Positions 1 through 12,670 of a stretch of DNA of 64,000 nucleotides are shown in pieces (within the stretch, counting starts at the first letter, position 1; the number at the start of each line of letters is the position of its first letter). The stretch lies in contig OZ024743.1 in assembly GCA_964016885.1 (NCBI GenBank), positions 47,864,001 to 47,928,000 on the forward strand, read 5' to 3'. The position numbers were made by a program, and so were the translations under genes. The stretch comes from Eledone cirrhosa. Lineage: Eukaryota. The notes under the pieces were generated by a model. That model made no database searches. It saw nothing but the letters and a program-made list of their open reading frames with translations, and was not told where the DNA came from.

Positions 1-3000
1 CTGATGCAGGTAGTTTGTTCCATGGAGGTTTTAAAGGATGCATTGTCTCGGCAGCTAATAACTGATGCACGTAGTTTGTTCCATGGAGGTTTTAAAGGAT
101 GCAGTGTCTTGATAGCTAACAACTGATGCAGGTAGTTTGTTCCATGGAGGTTTTAAAGGATGCAGTGTCTTGACAGCTAACAACTGATGCAGGTAGTTTG
201 TTCCACGGTGGTTTTAAAGGATGCAGTGTCTTGACAGCTAACAACTGATGCAGGTAGTTTGTTCCATGGAGGTTTTAAAGGATGCAGTGTCTTGACAGCT
301 AACAACTGATGCTGGTAGTTTGTTCCATGGAGGTTTTAAAGGATGCAGTGTCTTGACAGCTAACAATTCATGCAGGTAGTTTGTTCCATGGAGGCTTTAA
401 AGGATGCAGTGTCTCGACAGCTAACAACTGATGCAGGTAGTTTGTTCCATGGAGGTTTTAAAGGATGCAGTTTCTTGACAGCTAACAACTGATGCAGGTA
501 TTTTTTTCCATGGAGGTTTTAAAGGATGCAGTGTCTCGGCAGCTAACAACTGATGCAGGTAGTTTGTTCCATGGAAGCTTTAAAGGATGCAGTGTCTCGG
601 CAGCTAACAAGTGATGCAGGTAGTTTGTTCCATGGAGGTTTTAAAGGATGCAGTGTCTTGACAGCTAACAACTGATCCAGGTAGTTTGTTCCATGGAGGT
701 TTTAAAGGATGCAGTGTCTTGACAGCTGACAATTAATGCAGGTAGTTTGTTCCATGGAGGTTTTAAAGGATGCAGTGTCTTGACAGCTAACAACTGATGC
801 AGATAGTTTGTTCCATGGAGGTTTTAAAGGATGCAGTGTCTTGACAGCTAACAACTGATGCAGGTACTTTGTTCCATGGAGGTTTTAAAGGATGCAGTGT
901 CTCGGCAGCTAATAACCGATGCAGGTAGTTTGTTCCATGGAGGTTTTAAAGGATGCAGTGTCTTGACAGCTAACAACTGATGCAGGTAGTTTGTTCCATG
1001 GAGGTTTTAAAGGATGCAGTGTCTCGGCAGCTAATAACTGATGCAGGTAGTTTGTTCCATGGAGGTTTTAAAGGATGCAGTGTCTTGACAGCTAACAACT
1101 GATGCAGGTAGTTTGTTCCATGGAGGCTTTAAAGGATGCAGTGTCTTGACAGCTAACAACTGATGCAGGTAGTTTGTTCCATGGAGGTTTTAAAGGATGC
1201 AGTGTCTTGACAGCTAACAACTGATGCAGGTAGTTTGTTCCATGGAGGTTTTAAAGAATGCAGTGTCTTGACAGATAACAACTGATGCAGGTAGTTTGTT
1301 CCATGGAGGTTTTAAAGGATGCAGTGTCTTGACAGCTAACAACTGATTCAGGTAGTTTGTTCCATGGAGGTTTTAAAGGATGCAGTGTCTTGACAGCTAA
1401 CAAATGATGCAGGTAGTTTGTTCCATGGAGGTTTTAAAGGATGCAGTGTCTTGTCAGCTAACAACTGATGCAGGTAGTTTGTTCCATGGAGGTTTTAAAG
1501 GATGCAGTGTCTCGGCAGCTAACAACTGATGCAGGTAGTGTGTTCCATGGAGGTTTTAAAGGATGCAGTGTCTTGACAGCTAACAACTGTTGCAGGCAGT
1601 TTGATGCATGGAGGCTTTAAAGGATGCAGTGTCTTGACAGCTAACAACTGATGCAGGTAGTTTGTTCCATGGAGGTTTTAAAGGATGCAGTGTCTTGACA
1701 GCTAACAACTGATGCATGTAGTTTGTTCCATGGAGGTTTTAAAGGATGCAGTGTCTTGACAGCTAACAACTTATGCAGGTAGTTTGTTCCATGGAGGTTT
1801 TAAAGGATGCAGTGTCTTGACAGCACACAACTGATCCAGGTAGTTTGTTCCATGGAGGTTTTAAAGGATGCAGTGTCTTGACAGCTAACAACTGATGCAG
1901 GTAGTTTGTTCCATGGACGCTTTAAAGGATGCAGTGTCTCGGCAGCTAACAACTGATGCATGTAGTTTGTTCCATGGAGGTTTTAAAGGATGCAGTGTCT
2001 TGACAGCTAACAACTGATGCAGGTAGTTTGTTCCATGGAGGTTTTAAAGGATGCAGTGTCTTGACAGCTAACAAATGATGCAGGTAGTTTGTTCCATGGA
2101 GGTTTTAAAGAATGCAGTGTCTTGACAGATAACAACTGATGCAGGTAGTTTGTTCCATGGAGGTTTTAAAGGATGCAGTGTCTCGACAGCTAACAACTGA
2201 TGCAGGTAGTTTGTTCCATGGAGGTTTTAAAGGATGCACTATCTTGACAGCTAACAACTGATGCAGGTAGTTTGTTCCATGGAGGTTTTAAAGGATGCAG
2301 TGTCTTGACAGCTAACAATTAATGCAGGTAGTTTGTTCCATGGAGGCTTTAAAGGATGCAGTGTCTTGACAGCTAACAACTGATGCAGGTAGCTTGTTCC
2401 ATGGAGGTTTTAAAGGATGCAGTGTCTTGACAGCTAACAACTGATGCAGGTAGTTTGTTCTATGGAGGTTTTAAAGGATGCAGTGTCTTGACAGCTAACA
2501 ACTGATGCAGGTAGTTTGTTCCATGGAGGTTTTAAAGGATGCAGTGTCTTGACAGCTAACAACTGATGCAGGTAGTTTGATCCATGGAGGTTTTAAAGGA
2601 TGCAGTGTCTTGACAGCTAACAACTGATGCTGGTAGTTTGTTCCGTGGAGGTTTTAAAGGATGCAGTGTCTTGACAGCTAACAATTAATGCAGGTAGTTT
2701 GTTCCATGGGGGTTTTAAGGATGCAGTGTCTCGACAGCTAACAACTGATGCAGGTAGTTTGTTCCATGGAGGTTTTAAAGGATGCAGTGTCTTGACAGCT
2801 CACAACTGATGCAGGTAGTTTGCTCCATGGAGGTTTTAAAGGATGCAGTGTCTTGACAGCTAACAAATGATGCAGGTAGTTTGTTCCATGGAGGTTTTAA
2901 AGGATGCAGTGTCTCGACAGCTAACAACTGATGCAGGTAGTTTGTTCCATGGAGGTTTTAAAGGATGCACTATCTTGACAGCTAACAACTGATGCAGGTA

Positions 3001-6000
3001 GTTTGTTCCATGGAGGTTTTAAAGGATGCAGTGTCTTGACAGCTAACAACTGATGCAGGTAGTTTGTTCTATGGAGGTTTTAAAGGATGCAGTGTCTTGA
3101 CAGCTAACAACTGATGCAGGTAGTTTGTTCCAGGAGGTTTTAAAGGATGTAGTGTCTTGACAGCTAACAACTGATGCAGGTAGTTTGATCCATGGAGGTT
3201 TTAAAGGATGCAGTGTCTTGACAGCTAACAACTGATGCTGGTAGTTTGTTCCGTGGAGGTTTTAAAGGATGCAGTGTCTTGACAGCTAACAATTAATGCA
3301 GGTAGTTTGTTCCATGGGGGATTTAAGGATGCAGTGTCTCGACAGCTAACAACTGATGCAGGTAGTTTGTTCCATGGAGGTTTTAAAGGATGCAGTGTCT
3401 TGACAGCTCACAACTGATGCAGGTAGTTTGTTCCATGGAGGCTTTAAAGGATGCAGTGTCTCGGCAGCTAACAACTGATGCAGGTAGTTTGTTCCATGAA
3501 GGCTTTAAAGGATGCAGTGTCTTGACAGCTAACAACTGATGCAGGTAGTTTGTTCCATGGAGGTTTTAAAGGATGCAGTGTCTTGATAGCTAACAACTGA
3601 TGCAGGTAGTTTGTTCCATGGAGGCTTTAAAGGATGCAGTGTCTTGACAGCTAACAACTGATGCAGGTAGTTTGTTCCATGGAGGTTTTAAAGGATGCAG
3701 TGTCTTGACAGCTAACAACTGATGCAGGTAGTTTGTTCCACGGTGGTTTTAAAGGATGCAGTGTCTTGACAGCTAACAACTGATGCAGGTAGTTTGATCC
3801 ATGGAGGTTTTAAAGGATGCAGTGTCTTGACAGCTAACAAATGATGCAGGTAGTTTGTTCCATGGAGGTTTTAAAGGATGCAGTGTCTCGACAGCTCACA
3901 ACTGATGCAGGTAGTTTGTTCCATGGAGGCTTTAAAGGATGCAGTGTCTCGGCAGCTAATAACCGATGCAGGTAGTTTGTTCCATGGAGGTTTTAAAGGA
4001 TGCAGTGTCTTGACAGCTAACAACTGATGCAGGTAGTTTGTTCCATGGAGGTTTTAAAGGATGCATTGTCTCGGCAGCTAATAACTGATGCAGGTAGTTT
4101 GTTCCATGGAGGTTTTAAAGGATGCAGTGTCTTGATAGCTAACAACTGATGCAGGTAGTTTGTTCCATGGAGGCTTTAAAGGATGCAGTGTCTTGACAGC
4201 TAACAACTGATGCAGGTAGTTTGTTCCATGGAGGTTTTAAAGGATGCAGTGTCTTGACAGCTAACAACTGATGCAGGTAGTTTGTTCCACGGTGGTTTTA
4301 AAGGATGCAGTGTCTTGACAGCTAACAACTGATGCAGGTAGTTTGATCCATGGAGGTTTTAAAGGATGCAGTGTCTTGACAGCTAACAACTGATGCTGGT
4401 AGTTTGTTCCATGGAGGTTTTAAAGGATGCAGTGTCTTGACAGCTAACAATTCATGCAGGTAGTTTGTTCCATGGAGGCTTTAAAGGATGCAGTGTCTCG
4501 ACAGCTAACAACTGATGCAGGTAGTTTGTTCCATGGAGGTTTTAAAGGATGCAGTTTCTTGACAGATAACAACTGATGCAGGTATTTTTTTCCATGGAGG
4601 TTTTAAAGGATGCAGTGTCTCGGCAGCTAACAACTGATGCAGGTAGTTTGTTCCATGGAAGCTTTAAAGGATGCAGTGTCTCGGCAGCTAACAACTGATG
4701 CAGGTAGTTTGTTCCATGGAGGTTTTAAAGGATGCAGTGTCTTGACAGCTAACAACTGATCCAGGTAGTTTGTTCCATGGAGGTTTTAAAGGATGCAGTG
4801 TCTTGACAGCTAACAATTAATGCAGGTAGTTTGTTCCATGGAGGTTTTAAAGGATGCAGTGTCTTGACAGCTAACAACTGATGCAGATAGTTTGTTCCAT
4901 GGAGGTTTTAAAGGATGCAGTGTCTTGACAGCTAACAACTGATGCAGGTACTTTGTTCAATGGAGGTTTTAAAGGATGCAGTGTCTCGGCAGCTAATAAC
5001 CGATGCAGGTAGTTTGTTCCATGGAGGTTTTAAAGGATGCAGTGTCTTGACAGCTAACAACTGATGCAGGTAGTTTGTTCCATGGAGGTTTTAAAGGATG
5101 CAGTGTCTCGGCAGCTAATAACTGATGCAGGTAGTTTGTTCCATGGAGGTTTTAAAGGATGCAGTGTCTTGACAGCTAACAACTGATGCAGGTAGTTTGT
5201 TCCATGGAGGCTTTAAAGGATGCAGTGTCTTGACAGCTAACAACTGATGCAGGTAGTTTGTTCCATGGAGGTTTTAAAGGATGCAGTGTCTTGACAGCTA
5301 ACAACTGATGCAGGTAGTTTGTTCCATGGAGGTTTTAAAGAATGCAGTGTCTTGACAGATAACAACTGATGCAGGTAGTTTGTTCCATGGAGGTTTTAAA
5401 GGATGCAGTGTCTTGACAGCTAACAACTGATTCAGGTAGTTTGTTCCATGGAGGTTTTAAAGGATGCAGTGTCTTGACAGCTAACAAATGATGCAGGTAG
5501 TTTGTTCCATGGAGGTTTTAAAGGATGCAGTGTCTCGACAGCTAACAACTGATGCAGGTAGTTTGTTCCATGGAGGTTTTAAAGGATGCAGTGTCTTGTC
5601 AGCTAACAACTGATGCAGGTAGTTTGTTCCATGGAGGTTTTAAAGGATGCAGTGTCTCGGCAGCTAACAACTGATGCAGGTAGTGTGTTCCATGGAGGTT
5701 TTAAAGGATGCAGTGTCTTGACAGCTAACAACTGTTGCAGGCAGTTTGATGCATGGAGGCTTTAAAGGATGCAGTGTCTTGACAGCTAACAACTGATGCA
5801 GGTAGTTTGTTCCATGGAGGTTTTAAAGGATGCAGTGTCTTGACAGCTAACAACTGATGCATGTAGTTTGTTCCATGGAGGTTTTAAAGGATGCAGTGTC
5901 TTGACAGCTAACAACTTATGCAGGTAGTTTGTTCCATGGAGGTTTTAAAGGATGCAGTGTCTTGACAGCACACAACTGATCCAGGTGGTTTGTTCCATGG

Positions 6001-9000
6001 AGGTTTTAAAGGATGCAGTGTCTTGACAGCTAACAACTGATGCAGGTAGTTTGTTCCATGGACGCTTTAAAGGATGCAGTGTCTCGGCAGCTAACAACTG
6101 ATGCATGTAGTTTGTTCCATGGAGGTTTTAAAGGATGCAGTGTCTTGACAGCTAACAACTGATGCAGGTAGTTTGTTCCATGGAGGTTTTAAAGGATGCA
6201 GTGTCTTGACAGCTAACAAATGATGCAGGTAGTTTGTTCCATGGAGGTTTTAAAGGATGCAGTGTCTCGACAGCTAACAACTGATGCAGGTAGTTTGTTC
6301 CATGGAGGTTTTAAAGGATGCACTATCTTGACAGCTAACAACTGATGCAGGTAGTTTGTTCCATGGAGGTTTTAAAGGATGCAGTGTCTTGACAGCTAAC
6401 AATTAATGCAGGTAGTTTGTTCCATGGAGGCTTTAAAGGATGCAGTGTCTTGACAGCTAACAACTGATGCAGGTAGCTTGTTCCATGGAGGTTTTAAAGG
6501 ATGCAGTGTCTTGACAGCTAACAACTGATGCAGGTAGTTTGTTCTATGGAGGTTTTAAAGGATGCAGTGTCTTGACAGCTAACAACTGATGCAGGTAGTT
6601 TGTTCCATGGAGGTTTTAAAGGATGCAGTGTCTTGACAGCTAACAACTGATGCAGGTAGTTTGATCCATGGAGGTTTTAAAGGATGCAGTGTCTTGACAG
6701 CTAACAACTGATGCTGGTAGTTTGTTCCGTGGAGGTTTTAAAGGATGCAGTGTCTTGACAGCTAACAATTAATGCAGGTAGTTTGTTCCATGGGGGTTTT
6801 AAGGATGCAGTGTCTCGACAGCTAACAACTGATGCAGGTAGTTTGTTCCATGGAGGTTTTAAAGGATGCAGTGTCTTGACAGCTCACAACTGATGCAGGT
6901 AGTTTGTTCAATGGAGGTTTTAAAGGATGCAGTGTCTCGGCAGCTAATAACCGATGCAGGTAGTTTGTTCCATGGAGGTTTTAAAGGATGCAGTGTCTTG
7001 ACATCTAACAACTGATGCAGGTAGTTTGTTCCATGGAGGTTTTAAAGGATGCATTGTCTCGGCAACTAATAACTGATGCAGGTAGTTTGTTCCATGGAGG
7101 TTTTAAAGGATGCAGTGTCTTGACAGCTAACAACTGATGCAGGTAGTTTGTTCCATGGAGGCTTTAAAGGATGCAGTGTCTTGACAGCTAACAACTGATG
7201 CAGGTAGTTTGTTCCATGGAGGTTTTAAAGGATGCAGTGTCTTGACAGCTAACAACTGATGCAGGTAGTTTGTTCCATGGAGGTTTTAAAGGATGCAGTG
7301 TCTTGACAGATAACAACTGATGCAGGTAGTTTGTTCCATGGAGGTTTTAAAGGATGCAGTGTCTCGGCAGCTAACAACTGATGCAGGTAGTGTGTTCCAT
7401 GGAGGTTTTAAAGGATGCAGTGTCTTGACAGCTAACAAATGATGCAGGTAGTTTGATCCATGGAGGTTTTAAAGGATGCAGTGTCTTGACAGCTAACAAC
7501 TGATGCTGGTAGTTTGTTCCATGGAGTTTTTAAAGGATGCAGTATCTTGACAGCTAACAACTGATGCAGGTAGTTTGTTCCATGGAGGTTTTAAAGGATG
7601 CAGTGTCTTGACAGCTAACAACTGATGCAGGTAGTTTGTTCCATGAGGTTTTAAAGGATGCAGTGTCTTGACAGCTAACAACTGATGCAGGTAGTTTGTT
7701 CCATGGAGGTTTTAAAGGATGCAGTGTCTCGGCAGCTAACAACTGATGCAGGTAGTTTGTTCCATGGAGGTTTTAAAGGATGCACTGTCTTGACAGCTAA
7801 CAACTGATCCAGGTAGTTTGTTCCATGGAGGTTTTAAAGGATGCAGTGTCTTGACAGCTAACAACTGATGCAGGTAGTTTGTTCCATGGAGGTTTTAAAG
7901 GATGCAGTGTCTTGACAGTTAACAACTGATGCAGGTAGTTTGTTCCATGGAGGTTTTAAAGGATGCAGTGTCTCGGCAGCTAACAACTGATGCAGGTAGT
8001 TTGTTCCATGGAGGTTTTAAAGGATGCACTGTCTTGACAGCTAACAACTGATCCAGGTAGTTTGTTCCATGGAGGTTTTAAAGGATGCAGTGTCTTGACA
8101 GCTAACAACTGATGCAGGTAGTTTGTTCCATGGAGGTTTTAAAGGATGCAGTGTCTTGACAGTTAACAACTGATGCAGGTAGTTTGTTCCATGGAGGCTT
8201 TAAAGGATGCAGTGCCTTGACAGCTAACAACTGATGCAGGTAGTTTGTTCCATGGAGGTTTTAAAGGATGCAGTGTCTCGGCAGCTAACAACTGATGCAG
8301 GTAGTGTGTTCCATGGAGGTTTTAAAGGATGCAGTGTCTTGACAGCTAACAACTGATGCAGGTAGTTTGATCCATGGAGGTTTTAAAGGATGCAGTGTCT
8401 TGACAGCTAACAACTGATGCAGGTAGTTTGTTCCATGGAGTTTTTAAAGGATGCAGTGTCTTGACAGCTAACAACTGATGCAGGTAGTTTGTTCCATGGA
8501 GGTTTTAAAGGATGCAGTGTCTTGACAGCTAACAACTGATGCAGGTAGTTTGATCCATGGAGGTTTTAAAGGATGCAGTGTCTTGACAGCTAACAACTGA
8601 TGCAGGTAGTTTGTTCCATGGAGTTTTTAAAGGATGCAGTGTCTTGACAGCTAACAACTGATGCAGGTAGTTTGTTCCATGGAGGTTTTAAAGGATGCAG
8701 TGTCTTGACAGCTAACAACTGATGCAGGTAGTTTGTTCAATGGAGGTTTTAAAGGATGCAGTGTCTTGACAGCTAACAACTGATGCAGGTAGTTTGTTCC
8801 ATGGAGGTTTTAAAGGATGCAGTGTCTTGACAGCTAACAACTGATGCAGGTAGTTTGTTCCATGACGGTTTTAAAGGATGCAGTGTCTCGACAGCTAACA
8901 ACTGATGCAGGTAGTTTGTTCCATGGAAGTTTTAAAGGACGCAGTATATTGACAGCTAACAACTGATGCAGGTAGTTTTTTTCCATGGAGGTTTTAAAGG

Positions 9001-9901
9001 ATGCAGTGTCTTGACAGCTAACAACTGATGCAGGTAGTTTGTTCCATGGAGGTTTTAAAGGATGCAGTGTCTTGACAGCTAACAACTGATGCAGGTAGTT
9101 TGTTCAATGGAGGTTTTAAAGGATGCAGTGTCTTGACAGCTAACAACTGATGCAAGTAGTTTGTTCCATGGAGGTTTTAAAGGATGCAGTGTCTTGACAG
9201 CTAACAACTGATGCAGGTAGTTTGTTCCATGGAAGTTTTAAAGGATGCAGTATATTGACAGCTAACAACTGATGCAGGTAGTTTTTTCCATGGAGGTTTT
9301 AAAGGATGCAGTGTCTTGACAGCTAACAATTAATGCCGCTAGTTTGTTCCATGGAGGCTTTAAAGGATGCAGTGTCTCGGCAGCTAACAACTGATGCAGG
9401 TAGTTTGTTCCATGAGGTTTTAAAGGATGCAGTGTCTTGACAGCTAACAACTGATGCAGGTAGTTTGTTCCATGGAGGTTTTAAAGGATGCAGTGTCTCG
9501 GCAGCTAACAACTGATGCAGGTAGTTTGTTCCATGGAGGTTTTAAAGGATGCAGTATCTTGACAGCTAACAACTGATCCAGGTAGTTTGTTCCATGGAGG
9601 TTTTAAAGGATGCAGTGTCTTGACAGCTAACAATTAATGCAGGTAGTTTGTTCCATGGAGGTTTTAAAGGATGCAGTATTTTGACAGCTAACAACTGATG
9701 CAGGTAGTTTGTTCCATGGAGGTTTTAAAGGATGCAGTGTCTTGACAGCTAACAATTAATGCAGGTAGTTTGTTCCATGGAGGCTTTAAAGGATGCAGTG
9801 TCTCGGCAGCTAACAACTGATGCAGGTAGTTTGTTCCATGGAGGTTTTAAAGGATGCAGTGTCTTGACAGCTAACAACTGATGCAGGTAGTTTGTTCCAT
9901 G
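1..9901. repeat. 61-bp tandem satellite (~160 units), derived from the CR1/L2 LINE ORF2 3' end
   Basis: Consensus ctgatgcaggtagtttgttccatggaggttttaaaggatgcagtgtcttgacagctaacaa (61 nt) repeats head-to-tail from the window start. The same sequence occurs once in each LINE copy (about 15476-15539 and 20273-20337). The minus strand reads WNKLPASVVSCQDTASFKTSM. Confidence 0.97.
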
Positions 9902-9944
9902 CTTCAGCAACTCTGAGCGTGAAAAAATGTTTCTGAAAGTCATA
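9902..9944 (-). mobile_element. Non-amplified continuation of the parental CR1/L2 LINE; 5' truncation point
   Basis: The array ends ...ttccatg and continues cttcagcaactctgagcgtgaaaaaatgtttctgaaagtcat, collinear with 20338-20379 of the LINE copy. Confidence 0.9.
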
Positions 9945-10025
9945 TGTAACCAGCACGATACAATATGTGACAAGTTTGGCTGTTTGATTTACAGCTACAA
10001 TCCATCTTGTATTATAGCGTACATA

Positions 10026-10170
10026 AGTTCAAATCCCGCCAAGGTTAATTTTGTCTTTTATCGTTACGGAGTCGATAAAATAAAGTACCAGTAATACACT
10101 GGGGTCGATTTAATCGACTTTCCCCTCCCCTTCAAATTGCTGGCCTTGTGCCTAAAGTAGAAACAATTAT
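10026..10170 (+). mobile_element. tRNA-derived SINE with Meta-type central domain
   Basis: B-box-like gttcaaatcc, then ...ggagtcgataaaataaagtaccagta...ggccttgtgcctaaagtagaaacaattat. Homologous to copies at 14001, 18861, 34705 and 35045. The core resembles the Meta domain of MetaSINE/Sauria SINEs (from memory). Confidence 0.75.
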
Positions 10171-10791
10171 AGTGTACATAACTGAATGTCCCATAAACAC
10201 ACAAGCACATAAATACATTGCTAGCAGGTAAACTGATGTTAAATGATGACGATTAAGATGATGATGATGGGGTGGGGTGGGGGGTGTTGGTGGTGATGAT
10301 GATGATGGTGGTGGTAGTGGTAGTGGTGATGATGACAAAATATATCAAACTATTTACATTCATATATACAATTTTATAAACAACAGGAGTCTGCTTGAGG
10401 TCAATATAAAAGCTAGAAATAACAGCCAAATCTTCCTCAAATCACACAATGCAGCTGTTAAAATATAATTTCATGCATAAGAGTCTGGGGTGGGGATTGC
10501 ATGATACTGAACACAAGTTGTCCAATGGCTTGAACCAGACACCAGAAAGATGCAATATGAGACAACAAAACAATATAGAAACAGAGGAAAACAACAGTAT
10601 ATTTTGACAAGAAGAGTAAAATGAGTACATAAATAAATAATGGAAATTTTATGATTGAAAACAGAATAGGTAAGTTGTGCAGATACTAATACAGAAAGAA
10701 GGGAAATATAAATAGAATTTGGTCAAAAAAGTAGATGTAGAAAGATAAGCCAGAAAAAAGATATAAGAGAGGAAAAAAGGGCAGAGTTGTT

Positions 10792-10836
<45 letters not shown>

Positions 10837-10842
<6 letters not shown>

Positions 10843-10973
10843 AGTTCCACAACAGTGGAATAAGGTGAAACATTTGTTCTTGATATGGTGAACTAACTGT
10901 TGTGGAACTATTTCTACCAAACTCGCCCATGGACTGAGTGCTCTACTACTATGGATATAACCCAACAGTGTTC

Positions 10974-10978
<5 letters not shown>
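10837..10978. mobile_element. Fold-back element of the Penelope-like pLTR-remnant group
   Basis: Inverted arms 10837-10856 and 10896-10915 (19/20 match), followed by ACTC...GAGTGCTC as in the other members. Flanked by (AG)n and (TA)n. Confidence 0.5.
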
Positions 10979-11023
<45 letters not shown>

Positions 11024-11026
<3 letters not shown>

Positions 11027-12266
11027 CTAGAATCAAAAGGCCTTAAAATTAACTTGTCTAAGACTAAAGTTCTAGATTGTAGAAAGGAAAATAGGGCACA
11101 GGTGCCCTCAGGGAAATGGCCATGCTCAGAATGTAGGAAAGGAGTAGGCAGAAATTCCATTTTATGTCCCAAATGCAAAGTATGGGTACATAAAAGATGT
11201 AGTGGGATCACAGGTGAACTATCTAAGAACGTAGACTTTATATGTGGCCAGTGCTCAGGTGCAATAAGTAGCAAGTGTCCAAGTAGCAAGTGTCCATTGC
11301 CCAGATGGTTCTATAGAAATAGTAGACACTTTCCGTTACCTGGGTGACAAAATCAGCAGTGGTGGAGGGTGTTCTGAAAGTCAGAACGAGATGGAAAAAG
11401 TTCAGAGAGCTTATACCACTATTGGCCGCTAAATGTTTCTCCCTAAAAATGAAAGGCAGACTATATGATGCCTGCATACGAAAAGCTATGTTACATGGCA
11501 GTGAGACATGGGCATTGTGTGCAGAGGATCTGCGCAGACTGGAGAGGAACGAAGCTTGCATGCTCCGTTGGATGTGTAATAGTAATATACGTGAACGGCA
11601 AAGCATAAATGAACTAAGTGAGAAATTAGGAATAAGAGGGATCAGATGCTGTTTACTTGAGAGAAGACTACGCTGGTATGGTCATGTGATGCGCATGAAA
11701 GACAACAGCTGCATAAAAAAAAGTGCAGGGCGATCAAAATTGATGGTAACTATGGAGTAGGTAGACCCAGAAAACCTGGGATGATCTGATAAATTCCGAC
11801 CTCACTCACTTACATCTCTCTAAGACAATGTCTCTGGACCTAGATCTTTGGCGCTACGCAGTAATACAGAAGACCCGCCTTGCCTATGTACAAAGCGAAA
11901 CCTACAGTCAGTAGGCACCTCTTAACCAAATATACACCCCAATCCACTACCCCTACCCTATTCTCCCACTCCCACCAACAGCACGAGAAAATGAGATCGA
12001 GATCGTGTAGGTGTCACGACAAAAATAACACACACAGTCCACGCTGTAATGTGGCCGTGTAGGTAACACGGTAAAAAGTTCCCAGTTCCACACTGTAAAT
12101 GTGGTTGGTGTTAGGAAGAGTATCCAGCCGTAGAAAACCTGCCAGATAGTCCTATATGAGCGAGACACGGTCACCCGACTAGCCTTGCCTCAAGTGGGAC
12201 AACTCCCATCTAACCCATGCTAGCGTGGAAAATGGACGTTAAACGAAGATGATGAGATGATGATGA
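11024..12266 (+). mobile_element. 5'-truncated, frameshifted RTE-clade LINE (RT C-terminal region with PHD finger, long 3'UTR, (GAT)n tail)
   Basis: GLESKGLKINLSKTKVL ... IEIVDTFRYLG ... WKKFRELIPLL ... MLHGSETW ... RRLRWYGHVMR ... GRPRK spread across three frames. Ends aacccatgctagcgtggaaaatggacgttaaacgaagatgatga. Sits in (TA)n. Confidence 0.9.
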
Positions 12267-12276
12267 TATATATATT

Positions 12277-12412
12277 AGAAATCTAGCCAGAAACAATCCT
12301 ATATGAGCAAGACACGGTCACCTGACTTGACTTGCTTCTAATGGGGCAAACCCGTCTAACCCATGCTAGTGTGAAAATAGATGTTAAGTGATGATGATGA
12401 TGATGATGATGA
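12277..12412 (+). mobile_element. RTE 3'-terminal fragment (second tandem 3' end)
   Basis: Repeats the last ~140 bp of the preceding RTE 3'UTR and ends in (GAT)n. Confidence 0.8.
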
Positions 12413-12483
12413 GTGAGGATATATATATGTATGTATATATATATATATATATTATATATATATATATATTATATATATATATA

Positions 12484-12670
12484 GGAAAATGTTATACCCC
12501 GATGGCAGAGCTCAAGCCGTTTCGACGGCTACTTCTGAGTCCAGAAATAGTCGTCAAAATGGCTTGAGCTCTGCCGTCGGGGTCTAACATTTTCCCACTC
12601 TACTACCCTAAGTATTGAGTACTCTGGTGCGTTATGGTCCATCTGGTTCCTTACCACACCTCCTTCGTTA
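12484..12670. mobile_element. Palindromic Penelope-like pLTR remnant carrying the 3' half of a hammerhead ribozyme in both arms
   Basis: Imperfect 112-bp palindrome at 12484-12595. The arm consensus CGAAA-CGGC-ttgagctct-GCCG-TC-GGGGT gives GAAA, stem III and a GUC site. Followed by tattgagtactct and flanked by (TA)n. Confidence 0.6.

Noticed and set aside
1-9901. CRISPR-like array or repetitive protein gene (62-83 aa minus-strand ORFs)
   Set aside because: There are no unique spacers and no cas genes. The 61-bp unit is not a multiple of 3 and one frame has a stop, so the ORFs are read-through of about three LINE-derived monomers.
1-9901. Tandem hammerhead array (each unit contains CTGATG)
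   Set aside because: The core reads CTGATGC rather than CTGANGA, and there is no GAAA with matching stems. The sequence is explained by LINE codons.
10723-11606. Minus-strand 188-aa and 122-aa ORFs
   Set aside because: They are antisense to RTE coding sequence and run through (TA)n/(AG)n.
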